A stretch of 64,000 nt of DNA from Bdellovibrio sp. (lineage in GTDB: Bacteria > Bdellovibrionota > Bdellovibrionia > Bdellovibrionales > Bdellovibrionaceae): the NCBI GenBank assembly GCA_036677065.1, contig JAKFBS010000001.1:640001-704000 (forward strand). The letters are read 5' to 3'. The position numbers were made by a program, and so were the translations under genes. The notes beneath the pieces were generated by a model that did not search any database, was not told the DNA's origin, and worked only from the letters and a program-made list of their open reading frames with translations. Below, piece by piece: positions 47,855 to 57,943 of the stretch (position 1 is its first letter; each line of letters starts with the position of its first letter).

Positions 47855-50800
47855 ATGCCATTTCGAAAGCTTATATTTTCTCAAGCCTCTGGGTTAATCA
47901 ACCTTGGGGCTAAACGTATTGTTGATGTTAAGGATAAGCTAGAGCTTCCTGAGCTTCTTAGTGCCTATAACCCTGATATTGATAAAGCTGATATCGATTG
48001 GTCGACAAACAAAACTCTTTATAAAAGTTTATTTCGCAATAATAAGTCGATTCTGTTTAAGTCAGTTTCATTTCAAATTGTTGCCAGTTTATTCTCTTTT
48101 GCCACGCCGGTGTTAATTCATAATTTTATTTCAGGTTTACAAGCAGGCGATTGGTCGCAAGATCATGTCTTGGTGTTAATGGCCTATGCGATAGGTTTTG
48201 GTTTGTGTGGGGCCGGTAATGGTATTGCGATTCAACATTACTTTTTTCATACGCTAAACTTTTTTCAGGTCACAACCAACATTGTGAATAAAAAAATATT
48301 CACGCATGCTTTAAAACTTTCATCGCGCGCAAAACAAAAATATCAAGTGGGCGATATCGTGAACTTTATGAGTTCAGACACCGATGCTCTTGGTGATGCG
48401 GCGATCGTAACGATCGATTTATCGAATGCGGTTTTATTATTAGTGGGTTGTTCGGCTTTATTATTTTATTATATCGGCTGGTCAGCAATTGGTGCAGTGG
48501 CTGTGATGGCGGTCTTGATTCCGTTAACTCAGCGCTTAGCTAAAAAATTCGTTCACATGGAAGAAGAAATGATGGCTCAGCGGGATAGCCGCATGACCTT
48601 AATGACTCAGATTCTAAACTCAATCCGTGTTGTGAAATATTTCTCGTGGGAAAAAAGCGTACAAGACGAAGTTACTGAAGTTCGTAATAAAGAAATCGGT
48701 GCTCGTTTTAAATTAGCAAAGTCAGAAATTCTTTGGGGATTGATCTACGCTTCAATTTCAACAGTTGTATTATTTGTCGCTTTAACGATTCATCACTTTC
48801 GCGGTCAAACTATTGATTTAGCTTTAGTGCTGACATGTATTTCGATTTTTTCTTTAATGGAAGATCACTTCGGCGGATTATCTCGTTTTATTAGTCGTTT
48901 GATGAATGTGTTTGTCAGCGGCCGCCGTATTACAGAATTTGTAAAATCAGAAACTGTGGATTCTTTTGCACCGACTGCAGAAAACCCAGAATTAGCTGGC
49001 GAGCATGTGATCGTTAAAGATTTACATTTTGGTTATGATGCTAAGACAACATTATTTAATAATTTGTCATTCACGTTAAAACAAGGTGAATCACTAGCCA
49101 TTATTGGCGCCGTCGGTTCTGGAAAGTCTACGATCTTACAATTATTCTTAAAAGAAATTGCACCCACTTCGGGAATAATTCATTTATCGAATAAATATCG
49201 CAGAGCCTATATTCCGCAAGAAGCTTACATTGTTAATTCAACCTTAAAGGAAAATCTATTTTTTGGTGAAGACCAGGATCAAGCCGTCTTAGACCGAGCC
49301 ATTCAATTATCGTGCTTGCGTGCTGATATCAATTTATTACCTAAGGGCACTGACACCGAGATCGGTGAAAAGGGTGTAAATCTTTCTGGCGGGCAAAAAC
49401 AACGCGTAAGTCTTGCGCGCGCCGTGATTGCAAAGCCTGAGGTGATTTTATTAGATGATCCACTGTCTGCTGTTGATCCTCACACTGAAAAGTTATTATG
49501 TGATCAGCTTATTTTCGGTGAATGGAAAAATAAAACACGCATCATGGCGACTCATCGAATTTCTCAGTTGGAGCGTTTTGATAAAATTTTATTTTTGATC
49601 GATGGTCATTACCAAATCGGCACGTATCAAGAACTCATCGAAAAATCGCCAGAGTTTAAAAAATACTTAGAAATCGAAAAACAAAACCAAAAACACGAAA
49701 TCGAAATTCAAAAATCAACGCAAGTCACAGAGGTGTCAGCGCCAAATGCGGATAGCGATGGTCGCATGACGGTAGATGAAGACCGCGAAATCGGTTCGGT
49801 TAGAGCCGACATCTATATGACCTATATCAAGTCATTGGGCGGTGATAGTCCTCGTCGTAATATTTTTATCGGTCTATTGTTTTTAGGGGCGATCGTGCAT
49901 GTCAGTGCGCCGATGATGCAAAGAGCGTGGCTTACGCAAATGAGCGGCAAAGTCGATGCCTTGATGTTGGTAATGGGTTATGGAGCCTTTGGATTATTTA
50001 CGATGTTATTAACATTTATGAATAACTACCAATGGACTTACCGTGGGGTTTCAGCCGGAAGACTAATGCATGATAAAATGCTTAAATCGATTTTAAAAAG
50101 TCAGATTCGCTTTTTTGATAGCACGCCAATTGGCCGTATTTTACAGCGCTTCTCGCGCGATGTTGAATCGGTCGATATTCATTTACAATGGACTTTCGAT
50201 AATGCCATTCACTCGCTTTTTAACGTGTTATCAGCGTTTATTTTAATTGTGATCGCACTACCGGTAAGTCTTTTTGTTTTAACACCGGTGTTCTTTATTT
50301 ATTATTCGATTCAACATCGTTACCGCCGTGTGGCCCGTGAAGTAAAACGTTTAGACTCAACAGCGCGTTCTCCTAGATATGCTCACTTTAAAGAAACCTT
50401 ACAGGGTTTAACGGTGATTCGTTCGTTTAATTCACAAGAATGGTTCACGAAAGAATTTTTACAAAAATTAAATTTCTCGACTGAAATGTTTTACACTCAC
50501 TATATGGTGAATCGCTGGTTCTCATCGCGTTTACCATTAATTGGAGCTACCATTTCGATGACAACGGCCATGGCCGTGATTTATGCAAGCTCTAAGGGGT
50601 GGTTAACCGCTGGCCTTGCAGGTCTTGTGACGTTATATGCTTTAGAATTCTGGCGCCATTTAAATTGGGGAGTCAGAATTTTTTCTGATTTAGAATCTCG
50701 TATGACTTCGGTTGAACGTTTAGAATTTTACACGAACTTGCCTGCAGAAAAAGATGAAGTGAACTTAGTCGATTTTCAACGAACTCATCCAAAGTGGCCA

Positions 50801-51487
50801 AGCTCAGGAACATTAGAATTCAAAAATGTTTTTGTAAAATACGCAGATCATTTACCCAACGTTTTAAAAGGCGTTACATTTACCATTCAATCGGGTGCGC
50901 GCGCAGGTGTGGTTGGGCGAACTGGATCGGGTAAGTCGACTTTATTTCAAACGGTGTATCGCTTTGTCGATTATTATAAAGGTGAAATTCTAATTGATGG
51001 GCTAGCGATTGATAAAGTTCCGCTTGAAATGCTTCGCCAAAATTTAGCCGTGATTCCGCAAGATCCATCACTATTTATGGGAAGCCTGCGTTCAAATATT
51101 GATCGCTATAGCCAAGCCACAGATGTTGAGGTTTGGGCGGTTTTAGACAAAGTCGGCTTAAAACCTTTTGTGCAAGCATTACCAGGGCAACTTACTCACC
51201 ATGTGACTGAAAATGGTTCTAATCTTTCACAAGGGCAGCGTCAGTTGATTTGTTTAGCCCGAGCCCTATTGATGAAAGTAAAAATCATTTTCTTAGATGA
51301 AGCGACAGCCAGTGTAGATTTAGAAACAGATGCGCTTATTCAGCAGGTGATTCGTACTTCGTTGGACGGCATTACTCTTGTAACTATTGCCCACAGGCTT
51401 TCTACACTTAAAGACTACGATCAGATCATTGAGTTACAAAACGGCCAGGTCGTCAGATCCGGCGCTATCCGGGCAACGGATTTGTAG
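47855..51487 (+). CDS. Full-length ABC exporter (TMD-NBD-TMD-NBD), ABCC/MRP-like
   Basis: GAVGSGKS / EIGEKGVNLSGGQKQR / LLDDPLSAVD; FFDSTPIGRI; GRTGSGKS / LSQGQRQ / LDEATASVD. Confidence 0.93.
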   Translation: MPFRKLIFSQASGLINLGAKRIVDVKDKLELPELLSAYNPDIDKADIDWSTNKTLYKSLFRNNKSILFKSVSFQIVASLFSFATPVLIHNFISGLQAGDWSQDHVLVLMAYAIGFGLCGAGNGIAIQHYFFHTLNFFQVTTNIVNKKIFTHALKLSSRAKQKYQVGDIVNFMSSDTDALGDAAIVTIDLSNAVLLLVGCSALLFYYIGWSAIGAVAVMAVLIPLTQRLAKKFVHMEEEMMAQRDSRMTLMTQILNSIRVVKYFSWEKSVQDEVTEVRNKEIGARFKLAKSEILWGLIYASISTVVLFVALTIHHFRGQTIDLALVLTCISIFSLMEDHFGGLSRFISRLMNVFVSGRRITEFVKSETVDSFAPTAENPELAGEHVIVKDLHFGYDAKTTLFNNLSFTLKQGESLAIIGAVGSGKSTILQLFLKEIAPTSGIIHLSNKYRRAYIPQEAYIVNSTLKENLFFGEDQDQAVLDRAIQLSCLRADINLLPKGTDTEIGEKGVNLSGGQKQRVSLARAVIAKPEVILLDDPLSAVDPHTEKLLCDQLIFGEWKNKTRIMATHRISQLERFDKILFLIDGHYQIGTYQELIEKSPEFKKYLEIEKQNQKHEIEIQKSTQVTEVSAPNADSDGRMTVDEDREIGSVRADIYMTYIKSLGGDSPRRNIFIGLLFLGAIVHVSAPMMQRAWLTQMSGKVDALMLVMGYGAFGLFTMLLTFMNNYQWTYRGVSAGRLMHDKMLKSILKSQIRFFDSTPIGRILQRFSRDVESVDIHLQWTFDNAIHSLFNVLSAFILIVIALPVSLFVLTPVFFIYYSIQHRYRRVAREVKRLDSTARSPRYAHFKETLQGLTVIRSFNSQEWFTKEFLQKLNFSTEMFYTHYMVNRWFSSRLPLIGATISMTTAMAVIYASSKGWLTAGLAGLVTLYALEFWRHLNWGVRIFSDLESRMTSVERLEFYTNLPAEKDEVNLVDFQRTHPKWPSSGTLEFKNVFVKYADHLPNVLKGVTFTIQSGARAGVVGRTGSGKSTLFQTVYRFVDYYKGEILIDGLAIDKVPLEMLRQNLAVIPQDPSLFMGSLRSNIDRYSQATDVEVWAVLDKVGLKPFVQALPGQLTHHVTENGSNLSQGQRQLICLARALLMKVKIIFLDEATASVDLETDALIQQVIRTSLDGITLVTIAHRLSTLKDYDQIIELQNGQVVRSGAIRATDL

Positions 51488-51561
51488 AATGCCTAAATCT
51501 TCAATTAATTGACCTGCCTTTTTGCTTAGAAGTTTCTCGAAACTAAGCAAAGGGGAAATCA

Positions 51562-52584
51562 ATGAAACATAAAACTTATTTCGCATATCTGGTGTTGGCA
51601 ACCGTAATGACCGGTTGTCTAAAAGTACAAAAAAAAGATGCAGTTGCCGCAAAAGCAACTCAGTCTAAAGCGCAAACACAATCGGTGACGATTAATCGTG
51701 AATTACGATTAAATGACATTTTTGTAGAATTCATAGGGCAGCGCCGACCGAATGTTTATGATGTCTTGTTGTCATGGCCTCAAACTCGCGATCGAGTACG
51801 CGTTAGCTTAGATGGTAAAGTTTTATTTACTAAAAATACTTCAGAAGTTTTTAATCACACTCTTAATAACTTAGCTGGTGGCGATAAGTTAAACTTATTA
51901 GTTGAAATTTTAAAGAAAGACGAAGACAGCGTACTTTCTTCTGAGGCGCGCGATTTAGAAATTCCGGAAGATTATGTTTTTCCCGAACAATTTGTTTTAG
52001 ATTATGACTTGAAAATCCATAATAACCGCGTGTTTATGAATAAATCGGTTATCACCACTCAAAGTTTCAATTTAGAAATTATCGCTAAAGAGTTAATAGT
52101 TTTGGACGAGTCGCTTGTTCAAGGTTTTCCTCAGGGAACAAAAGCTAGTCCTGGTTATGGCGGGCGTAGTGGAGGATTAATTAATATTGAAGTAGAAGCA
52201 GCTGAGGGTTCATTGAACTTCGCTTTAAATTCAGAAGCTGGTGGGGATGGCTTACAAGGGTACTATGAAATTCGCACTATTGGAAAAGACAAAACGGATG
52301 TTTTGACTCCCAGATGTGCTCGTGGAGGCAGCGGATTTTCAGCAGGGCGAAATAATCATTTGAGATTAAAAGTTAATAAAGCTGCAAATTTTTATTCTTA
52401 TAGACGCCCATATTATAGTGAGGGCGGTAATCCCGGTCCACGATTAGGACAAGCTCCAGCTTCATATCCAGCTATGACTGATGAAAGTAACTGTCCGCAA
52501 AATCCAACAATTGGTGCAGCAGCAAGTAGTGGCTTGTTTTGTATAATGTTACCTGGTTTGACTCCTGAGCAAGGTTGCGAATAG
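51562..52584 (+). CDS. Hypothetical lipoprotein
   Basis: MTGC lipobox; Gly-rich C-terminal half (GxxGxxG-like motifs). Confidence 0.7.
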   Translation: MKHKTYFAYLVLATVMTGCLKVQKKDAVAAKATQSKAQTQSVTINRELRLNDIFVEFIGQRRPNVYDVLLSWPQTRDRVRVSLDGKVLFTKNTSEVFNHTLNNLAGGDKLNLLVEILKKDEDSVLSSEARDLEIPEDYVFPEQFVLDYDLKIHNNRVFMNKSVITTQSFNLEIIAKELIVLDESLVQGFPQGTKASPGYGGRSGGLINIEVEAAEGSLNFALNSEAGGDGLQGYYEIRTIGKDKTDVLTPRCARGGSGFSAGRNNHLRLKVNKAANFYSYRRPYYSEGGNPGPRLGQAPASYPAMTDESNCPQNPTIGAAASSGLFCIMLPGLTPEQGCE

Positions 52585-52609
52585 CCAAAATCGACTCCAT
52601 TCGATCTAA

Positions 52610-52657
52610 TGTGCATTATAGTGCGCACTTGACAAAATGCGCACTATAATGCACAAT
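52610..52657 (+). promoter_or_regulatory. Toxin-antitoxin promoter/operator
   Basis: 18-bp perfect inverted repeat (52610-52627 / 52638-52655) around TTGACA (52629); CACAAT 17 nt downstream. Confidence 0.8.
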
Positions 52658-52670
52658 CTAGAAAGGCATC

Positions 52671-52979
52671 ATGAAGTACGAAATTGTAACGACTGCTGAA
52701 TTTGCAGCTTGGTTAGAACTACAACAGCCAAAAGTTCGAAACATCGTTAAAACTCGACTTGATATTATTTCGGTTGGGCACTTTGGAAATCATAAACGTT
52801 TCGAAGGGCTTATTGAGTTGAGATGGCGGAACGGAATCAGAGTGTACACTTTCATCTGGGATACTGTGATTGTAGTAGTATTAAATGGAGGCAATAAAAA
52901 TGGGCAAAATCGTGACATCAAAGAAGCAAAAAAAATCAAAAGGGAAATTCTTGAAGGTATATACTCCATTCGCGAGTAA
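52671..52979 (+). CDS. Type II TA toxin, RelE/ParE (HigB-like addiction module killer)
   Basis: T.EF..WL..., GHFGNHK, LIELR...GIRVY, GGNKNGQNRDI. Confidence 0.85.
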   Translation: MKYEIVTTAEFAAWLELQQPKVRNIVKTRLDIISVGHFGNHKRFEGLIELRWRNGIRVYTFIWDTVIVVVLNGGNKNGQNRDIKEAKKIKREILEGIYSIRE

Positions 52980-53214
52980 AGAGCTTAAAGATGCAAAATT
53001 AGTGGTAGATACCTTACTTGACTGTATTCGCAGTGGAGATAATGAATTGTTTCGCGAAGTTTTATTTGCGCATCTAATGACAGTAAACAAAACAGATTTT
53101 GCTAAAAAATCTGGATTAGGTCGCAGAACTATATATGCTCTGATTGATTCTAAAAAAGAATTCAATCCAGAGCTTTCGACGATTTCGGCAATTATTCAAT
53201 CTATAGCAGCCTAA
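52900..53214 (+). CDS. Addiction-module antitoxin (HTH)
   Basis: FAKKSGLGRRTIY.L....NPELSTI; overlaps toxin; RBS GGAGG. Confidence 0.82.
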   Translation: MGKIVTSKKQKKSKGKFLKVYTPFASKELKDAKLVVDTLLDCIRSGDNELFREVLFAHLMTVNKTDFAKKSGLGRRTIYALIDSKKEFNPELSTISAIIQSIAA

Positions 53215-54396
53215 TTAATCTAACGGAGCCGGTAATGATTTATCGGCTTTGGCACCAAGTTCTTTTAGTTTTTCAACTTGTGAGATTAAATTTCCACGGC
53301 CTGAATTCATTTTTCCCATAATTTCAGTGTGAATTTTTTGCGTCGAATTTAAACGCTCACCCATAGTCTCTAAATCTTTTACGATCGCTGCGAATTTGTC
53401 ATATAGCTCGCCACCGCGTTTAGCGATCTCGAGAGCGTTTCTTTGTTGTTTATCCTGCTTCCATAAAGCAGCCACTGTGCGAAGTGTTGCTAACAACGTC
53501 GTAGGGCTTACGATCGCTACATTTTTTGTCCAGGCTTGTTCGAATAGTTCTGGTTTTAATTTAAATGCTAATGCAAACGCAGGTTCTAAGGGCATGAATA
53601 ACATCACAAAATCTGGAGATACGATTTCGTTAGCTAAGTGGTATTTTTTTTCTGATAAGCCGTTGATATGGCGTTTTAAAGATTCAACATGCAGATCAGC
53701 GTGTTTTTGACGAATCATTTCATCTTCAGCCGAGCTATAGCCTTCGTACGCTGAAAGCGTCACTTTAGAATCGATGATTAAGTGTTTTCCGTCAGGAAGT
53801 TTCACGATCACGTCTGGGCGCAGGATTTCGCCTTCAGAACCACGTACGGTTTCTTGCACGAAGTACTCTTCACCTTTTCTAAGACCTGAGCGCTCTAAGA
53901 TGTTTTCTAAAATCATCTCGCCCCAATTGCCTTGGGTTTTGTTTTCGCCTTTAAGGGCAGTCACAAGATTTTGCGCATCTTTTGACATGGTCGTGTTCAA
54001 TTCAATCAATTTACCGATTTCGCCGCGTAAATGGCCGCGCTCGGCTCTTTCTTGCGAATAGGTGTCTTCGACTTTTTTCTCGAAATCTTTAATGCGTTCT
54101 TTTAACGGGTCTAACAAAGTTGATAATTGTTTGTGGTTTTGATCAGACAGTTTACCTGATTTATCTTCAAATATTTTTTGCGCTAAGTTTTCAAATTGCA
54201 TGGTCATGCGATTTTGCATTTCTTGCGTCGTTGTCTTTTGTTGTTCGCTTAAAGTTTTTTGCTGCTCAGAAAGGGCTTTTTCAACATCAAATTTATTGCG
54301 CCAGATTTCAGCTTGAATGCGCATCTTTGAATACACAGCAAAACCGATAATTGCACCACCAGCGATAAATGCAGCCATTGCGATAATGTAATTCAT
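53215..54396 (-). CDS. rmuC: DNA recombination protein RmuC
   Basis: QGNWGEMILE..LE.SGL, RPDVIVKLP, IIDSKV, VSPTTLL. Confidence 0.93.
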   Translation of the reverse strand: MNYIIAMAAFIAGGAIIGFAVYSKMRIQAEIWRNKFDVEKALSEQQKTLSEQQKTTTQEMQNRMTMQFENLAQKIFEDKSGKLSDQNHKQLSTLLDPLKERIKDFEKKVEDTYSQERAERGHLRGEIGKLIELNTTMSKDAQNLVTALKGENKTQGNWGEMILENILERSGLRKGEEYFVQETVRGSEGEILRPDVIVKLPDGKHLIIDSKVTLSAYEGYSSAEDEMIRQKHADLHVESLKRHINGLSEKKYHLANEIVSPDFVMLFMPLEPAFALAFKLKPELFEQAWTKNVAIVSPTTLLATLRTVAALWKQDKQQRNALEIAKRGGELYDKFAAIVKDLETMGERLNSTQKIHTEIMGKMNSGRGNLISQVEKLKELGAKADKSLPAPLD

Positions 54397-54494
54397 TTTA
54401 ACCCCTTACAAGCCTGCTGGCCCTACTGTGACAATATAAGTTATTTCATTGATAAAAAGCTGCAATTTTCTTAAGTTTCGCTATAAGTTAAGCT

Positions 54495-54746
54495 ATGAAC
54501 TTAAAAAAATTAGCTCTTGGTGTTATCGCGATCGTTGCTCTATTAATTTTAGGGTACTTTATGCAGCAAAACAAATCAAATACGCGCAAAATTTGCACAC
54601 CTGTCGCCGACAAAGTCGTCTGTCAGGAATGCTCTTGCCCGATGGGTCAGCCGATTCCTTCAAACACTCCACCTGCTCCAGGAATGAATAGCTCAGTCGC
54701 TTGTCCGGATGGCGCAACCCCTACTTGTAAACAAGTGGAGAACTAG
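54495..54746 (+). CDS. Small Cys-rich exported protein
   Basis: N-terminal TM, six Cys, Pro-rich. Confidence 0.6.
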   Translation: MNLKKLALGVIAIVALLILGYFMQQNKSNTRKICTPVADKVVCQECSCPMGQPIPSNTPPAPGMNSSVACPDGATPTCKQVEN

Positions 54747-54749
54747 GCC

Positions 54750-55634
54750 ATGGCTCAATCAAATCTTAATTCTTGGGTGTTGGCAGCTCGTCCGAAAACT
54801 TTATCTGCAGCTGTGGTTCCGGTTTTAGCAACGATTGGTTTAGTGAATAGTTTAAAATTACCAATTCAATGGTGGATCATTGCCTTTGCTTTACTTTCTA
54901 GTTTCTGTATTCAAATCGGAACGAATTTTGTGAACGATGCGATGGATTTTAAAAAAGGCGCTGATAACGAAAAACGTTTAGGCCCAATGCGCGTCACTCA
55001 GCAAAAGATTTTTACATTTAAACAAGTGATGATGATGGCCACAGGATTTTTTGTTCTAGCGATGGCCTTTGGTATACCGTTAGTCATTCATGGTGGCTGG
55101 CCGATTGTAGTTATCGGCTTATTATCGGTGTTAATGGGTTATGCCTACACTTCTGGGCCAGTGCCTTTGGCGTATTTTGGTTTAGGCGATCTATTTGTAA
55201 TTATCTTTTTTGGGTTAGTTGCGGTTGGCGGTTTATTTTTTCTGCAAACTGGCACTTACACGTTGGATGCATTTGTTCTTGGGTTACAGATCGGTTTTTT
55301 GAGCACGATATTAATCGCGATTAATAATTTACGTGATATTCACACTGATAAAGAAGTGAATAAAAAAACTTTAGCCGTGCGCTTAGGTGTCACGGGCGCC
55401 AAAGTCTGGATCATATTTTTAGTGGTTGCTCCGTTCTTATTGGGTTATTACTGGCTAAACCAACAAAAGTACTGGCTTTATATTTTACCAACAATGTCAT
55501 TACCACTGGGATTATCAGTGGTGAAAAAAATTATCAGCACGGCTCCTTCAGCTGAGTACAATCGGTTTTTAGCAAAGTCTGCAGCTTACGGCATGATTTT
55601 TAGTTTAGGCTTTATGATTGGATCATTTATTTAA
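54750..55634 (+). CDS. menA: 1,4-dihydroxy-2-naphthoate octaprenyltransferase
   Basis: ARPKTL, NFVNDAMDFKKGAD, NNLRDI..D...K.TLAVRLG. Confidence 0.93.
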   Translation: MAQSNLNSWVLAARPKTLSAAVVPVLATIGLVNSLKLPIQWWIIAFALLSSFCIQIGTNFVNDAMDFKKGADNEKRLGPMRVTQQKIFTFKQVMMMATGFFVLAMAFGIPLVIHGGWPIVVIGLLSVLMGYAYTSGPVPLAYFGLGDLFVIIFFGLVAVGGLFFLQTGTYTLDAFVLGLQIGFLSTILIAINNLRDIHTDKEVNKKTLAVRLGVTGAKVWIIFLVVAPFLLGYYWLNQQKYWLYILPTMSLPLGLSVVKKIISTAPSAEYNRFLAKSAAYGMIFSLGFMIGSFI

Positions 55635-57649
55635 TGAAGCACAACAAGCAGAGCCTACAGATTTGGATTCATTGTTATACGCTTAAGCGTAAGGTGAAAC
55701 CCAATGCAGCGACTTCGGCTCTGGTTCAAGAGGGCGCATTAATTAAAATTCAAGATGAGTTTGGCAATGACGGATTTTCTGATCTTTGCCCGTGGCCAAG
55801 TTTAGGGGATGCTCCACTTGGTGAAGAGCTGGCTTCGCAAGGACCGCTTTATCAGCGGGCCATTGAATTAGCGCTTTTAGATTTACAGGCTCGCAAAGAT
55901 AAAAAAGTTTTAGTAACCAGTGACAAAGTTAAGAACAATATTTTAATTGCTGATTTTCGTGAGCTTGAAGGGGATTTTGATTTTTCTCGCATCACAGTGA
56001 AAATCAAGGGCAGCGAACATATTTATGAATTTGCTCAAGTATTAGTTGAGAATGTTCAGCGTTTTAAAACAATTCGTATTGATTTTAATAACTGTATCAG
56101 TGAATTTCAATTTTCAGAGTTTTTACATTTATTAAGCAACGAAGTTTTACAAAAAATTGAATATATCGAAGATCCATTCTTTTTTCATCGTGACCTATGG
56201 AACCAATATTCAGCTACAGTCAAATTAGTTTTAGACTGGAAGCAAGCCGAAGGGCAAAGCTGGAATAACCGGATCTGGAAGCCCTCACGCGAAGAAAAAA
56301 TGAATTGTCAGGATTTCTCGATCACTTCAAGTATGGAACATCCGGTGGGAGTAGTTCATGGGTTACATTTTGCGCAAAAGTACCCAGAAAAAACGCATGG
56401 ATTTTTAACTTTACCGCTGTATGAAGACACTGAATTTTCGCAGTACTTTACTATCGACCAGGATAATTTAGCTTATCGATCTGACGGTTATGGCATTGGT
56501 TTTACGACGGTATTAAATAAGCTCAATTGGATGCCAGTTTTTGACGGCGATAATTTTTTACTTTGTAATCACCGTGCCAGCGCTCAGGAAAAAAATGATC
56601 TCTTTAAAATTAAAAAACTTTTTAGCGAGAAAATACCCGGTAAAGATTTTGTTTTAATCCCCAGCAGTGGTTCTACGCAAAATTCACAAGAATCTATTAA
56701 AGTTGTTGCTCTAAGCGAACAAGCGTTAATCAATTCAGCTAAACGGGTAAATAAAGTTTTGAATGTGAATGAAAGTTCGATTTGGGGCTGTGTTTTGCCG
56801 ATGTTTCATGTCGGTGGTTTAGGTATTTTAATGCGGGCCTATGCCGCTGGATCGGTAATCCGTTATACGTCTTGGGAGCAGTTTAATCCAGATTGGATTA
56901 ACGAAAATCGTATAACTCATATTTCGCTTGTGCCGACCCAAATTTTTGAAATTGTGCAAAAAAAATGGTTTGCGCCAGCATTTGTACAGACAGTTTTTGT
57001 TGGCGGTGCAGAACTTAATCTAGATTTAGCCACGCAGGCAAAAGCCTTAGGTTGGCCAATCGTGCAAACATTTGGCATGACTGAAACAGCCTCAATGATT
57101 GCCGTTAAAAAAAATATTAATAACGAATACTTTGAAACTTTACCCAATGTTGAAATTAGTTCTGATAACGGCCGTTTAAAAATTAAATCTGATTCAAATG
57201 CCAGCTATATTTTAAAATTAAATTTAAATACCCAGGATTTAATCTGCGAAAAAATACCTGAATGGATTACAACCCAGGATCAGGTCGAAATTTCTGAAAA
57301 CAAGTTTAAATTTTTACAGCGTGAATCTGATTTTGTTAAAATCAAAGGCGAAGGTGTCTCGTTAGCAGAACTTCGCCAAACCTTGCTCAAACTAAATATC
57401 AACCCTAACGCAGCTACAATCTGTGATTTACCTGACGCACGCGATGGTGCAAGTCTAGTGTTAGTTGTGACACAGGGACAAAATGTAAATCAAATTTTGT
57501 CACAGTATAATGCGCTAGCTCGGCCTTATGAGAAAATCTATAGCTATATCGAGGTTACTGAATTTCCTGTGACGGATTTAGGTAAAATCAAATACACTTT
57601 ATTAAAAGAAAAGATAAAGGATCACCATGCTAAAAAATTACAATCCTAA
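55634..57649 (+). CDS. Fused o-succinylbenzoate synthase (MenC) and OSB-CoA ligase (MenE)
   Basis: N-half: PWPSLGD, VKIKG, RIDFN, IEDP; C-half: SSGST, LPMFHVGG, SLVPTQ, TFGMTETAS. Confidence 0.8.
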   Translation: MKHNKQSLQIWIHCYTLKRKVKPNAATSALVQEGALIKIQDEFGNDGFSDLCPWPSLGDAPLGEELASQGPLYQRAIELALLDLQARKDKKVLVTSDKVKNNILIADFRELEGDFDFSRITVKIKGSEHIYEFAQVLVENVQRFKTIRIDFNNCISEFQFSEFLHLLSNEVLQKIEYIEDPFFFHRDLWNQYSATVKLVLDWKQAEGQSWNNRIWKPSREEKMNCQDFSITSSMEHPVGVVHGLHFAQKYPEKTHGFLTLPLYEDTEFSQYFTIDQDNLAYRSDGYGIGFTTVLNKLNWMPVFDGDNFLLCNHRASAQEKNDLFKIKKLFSEKIPGKDFVLIPSSGSTQNSQESIKVVALSEQALINSAKRVNKVLNVNESSIWGCVLPMFHVGGLGILMRAYAAGSVIRYTSWEQFNPDWINENRITHISLVPTQIFEIVQKKWFAPAFVQTVFVGGAELNLDLATQAKALGWPIVQTFGMTETASMIAVKKNINNEYFETLPNVEISSDNGRLKIKSDSNASYILKLNLNTQDLICEKIPEWITTQDQVEISENKFKFLQRESDFVKIKGEGVSLAELRQTLLKLNINPNAATICDLPDARDGASLVLVVTQGQNVNQILSQYNALARPYEKIYSYIEVTEFPVTDLGKIKYTLLKEKIKDHHAKKLQS

Positions 57650-57938
57650 ATTTACCAAAGGCAGTCTGTTCATCTGTACAAAATGCGGTAAGGATTTTTC
57701 TGATCCAAAACCAGAGCGCGCTGAAAAATTAAAATCTGAATTGCGCTCTGATTTAAAAGAATTCGATGCTCATAAAAAAATTCGTGTAATGACCAGCGGT
57801 TGTTTGGGTTTGTGTGAAAAAGACGAACAAACTTTTGCGTATTATCCAAATTACGGCGAGATGGAAATGTTATCGACGTCTGATGATTTCAAAACCGCTA
57901 AGAACGATATTTTAAATTTTATTAAAACTAAGGTTTAA
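57627..57938 (+). CDS. Thioredoxin-like (2Fe-2S) ferredoxin-family protein
   Basis: FICTKC...SGCLGLC. Confidence 0.7.
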   Translation: MLKNYNPKFTKGSLFICTKCGKDFSDPKPERAEKLKSELRSDLKEFDAHKKIRVMTSGCLGLCEKDEQTFAYYPNYGEMEMLSTSDDFKTAKNDILNFIKTKV

Positions 57939-57943
57939 GAGAT

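Noticed and set aside
52629..52650. TTGACA + TATAAT as a perfect sigma70 promoter
   Set aside because: Spacing is only 10 nt. The TATAAT is part of the palindrome arm, and CACAAT at 17 nt fits better.
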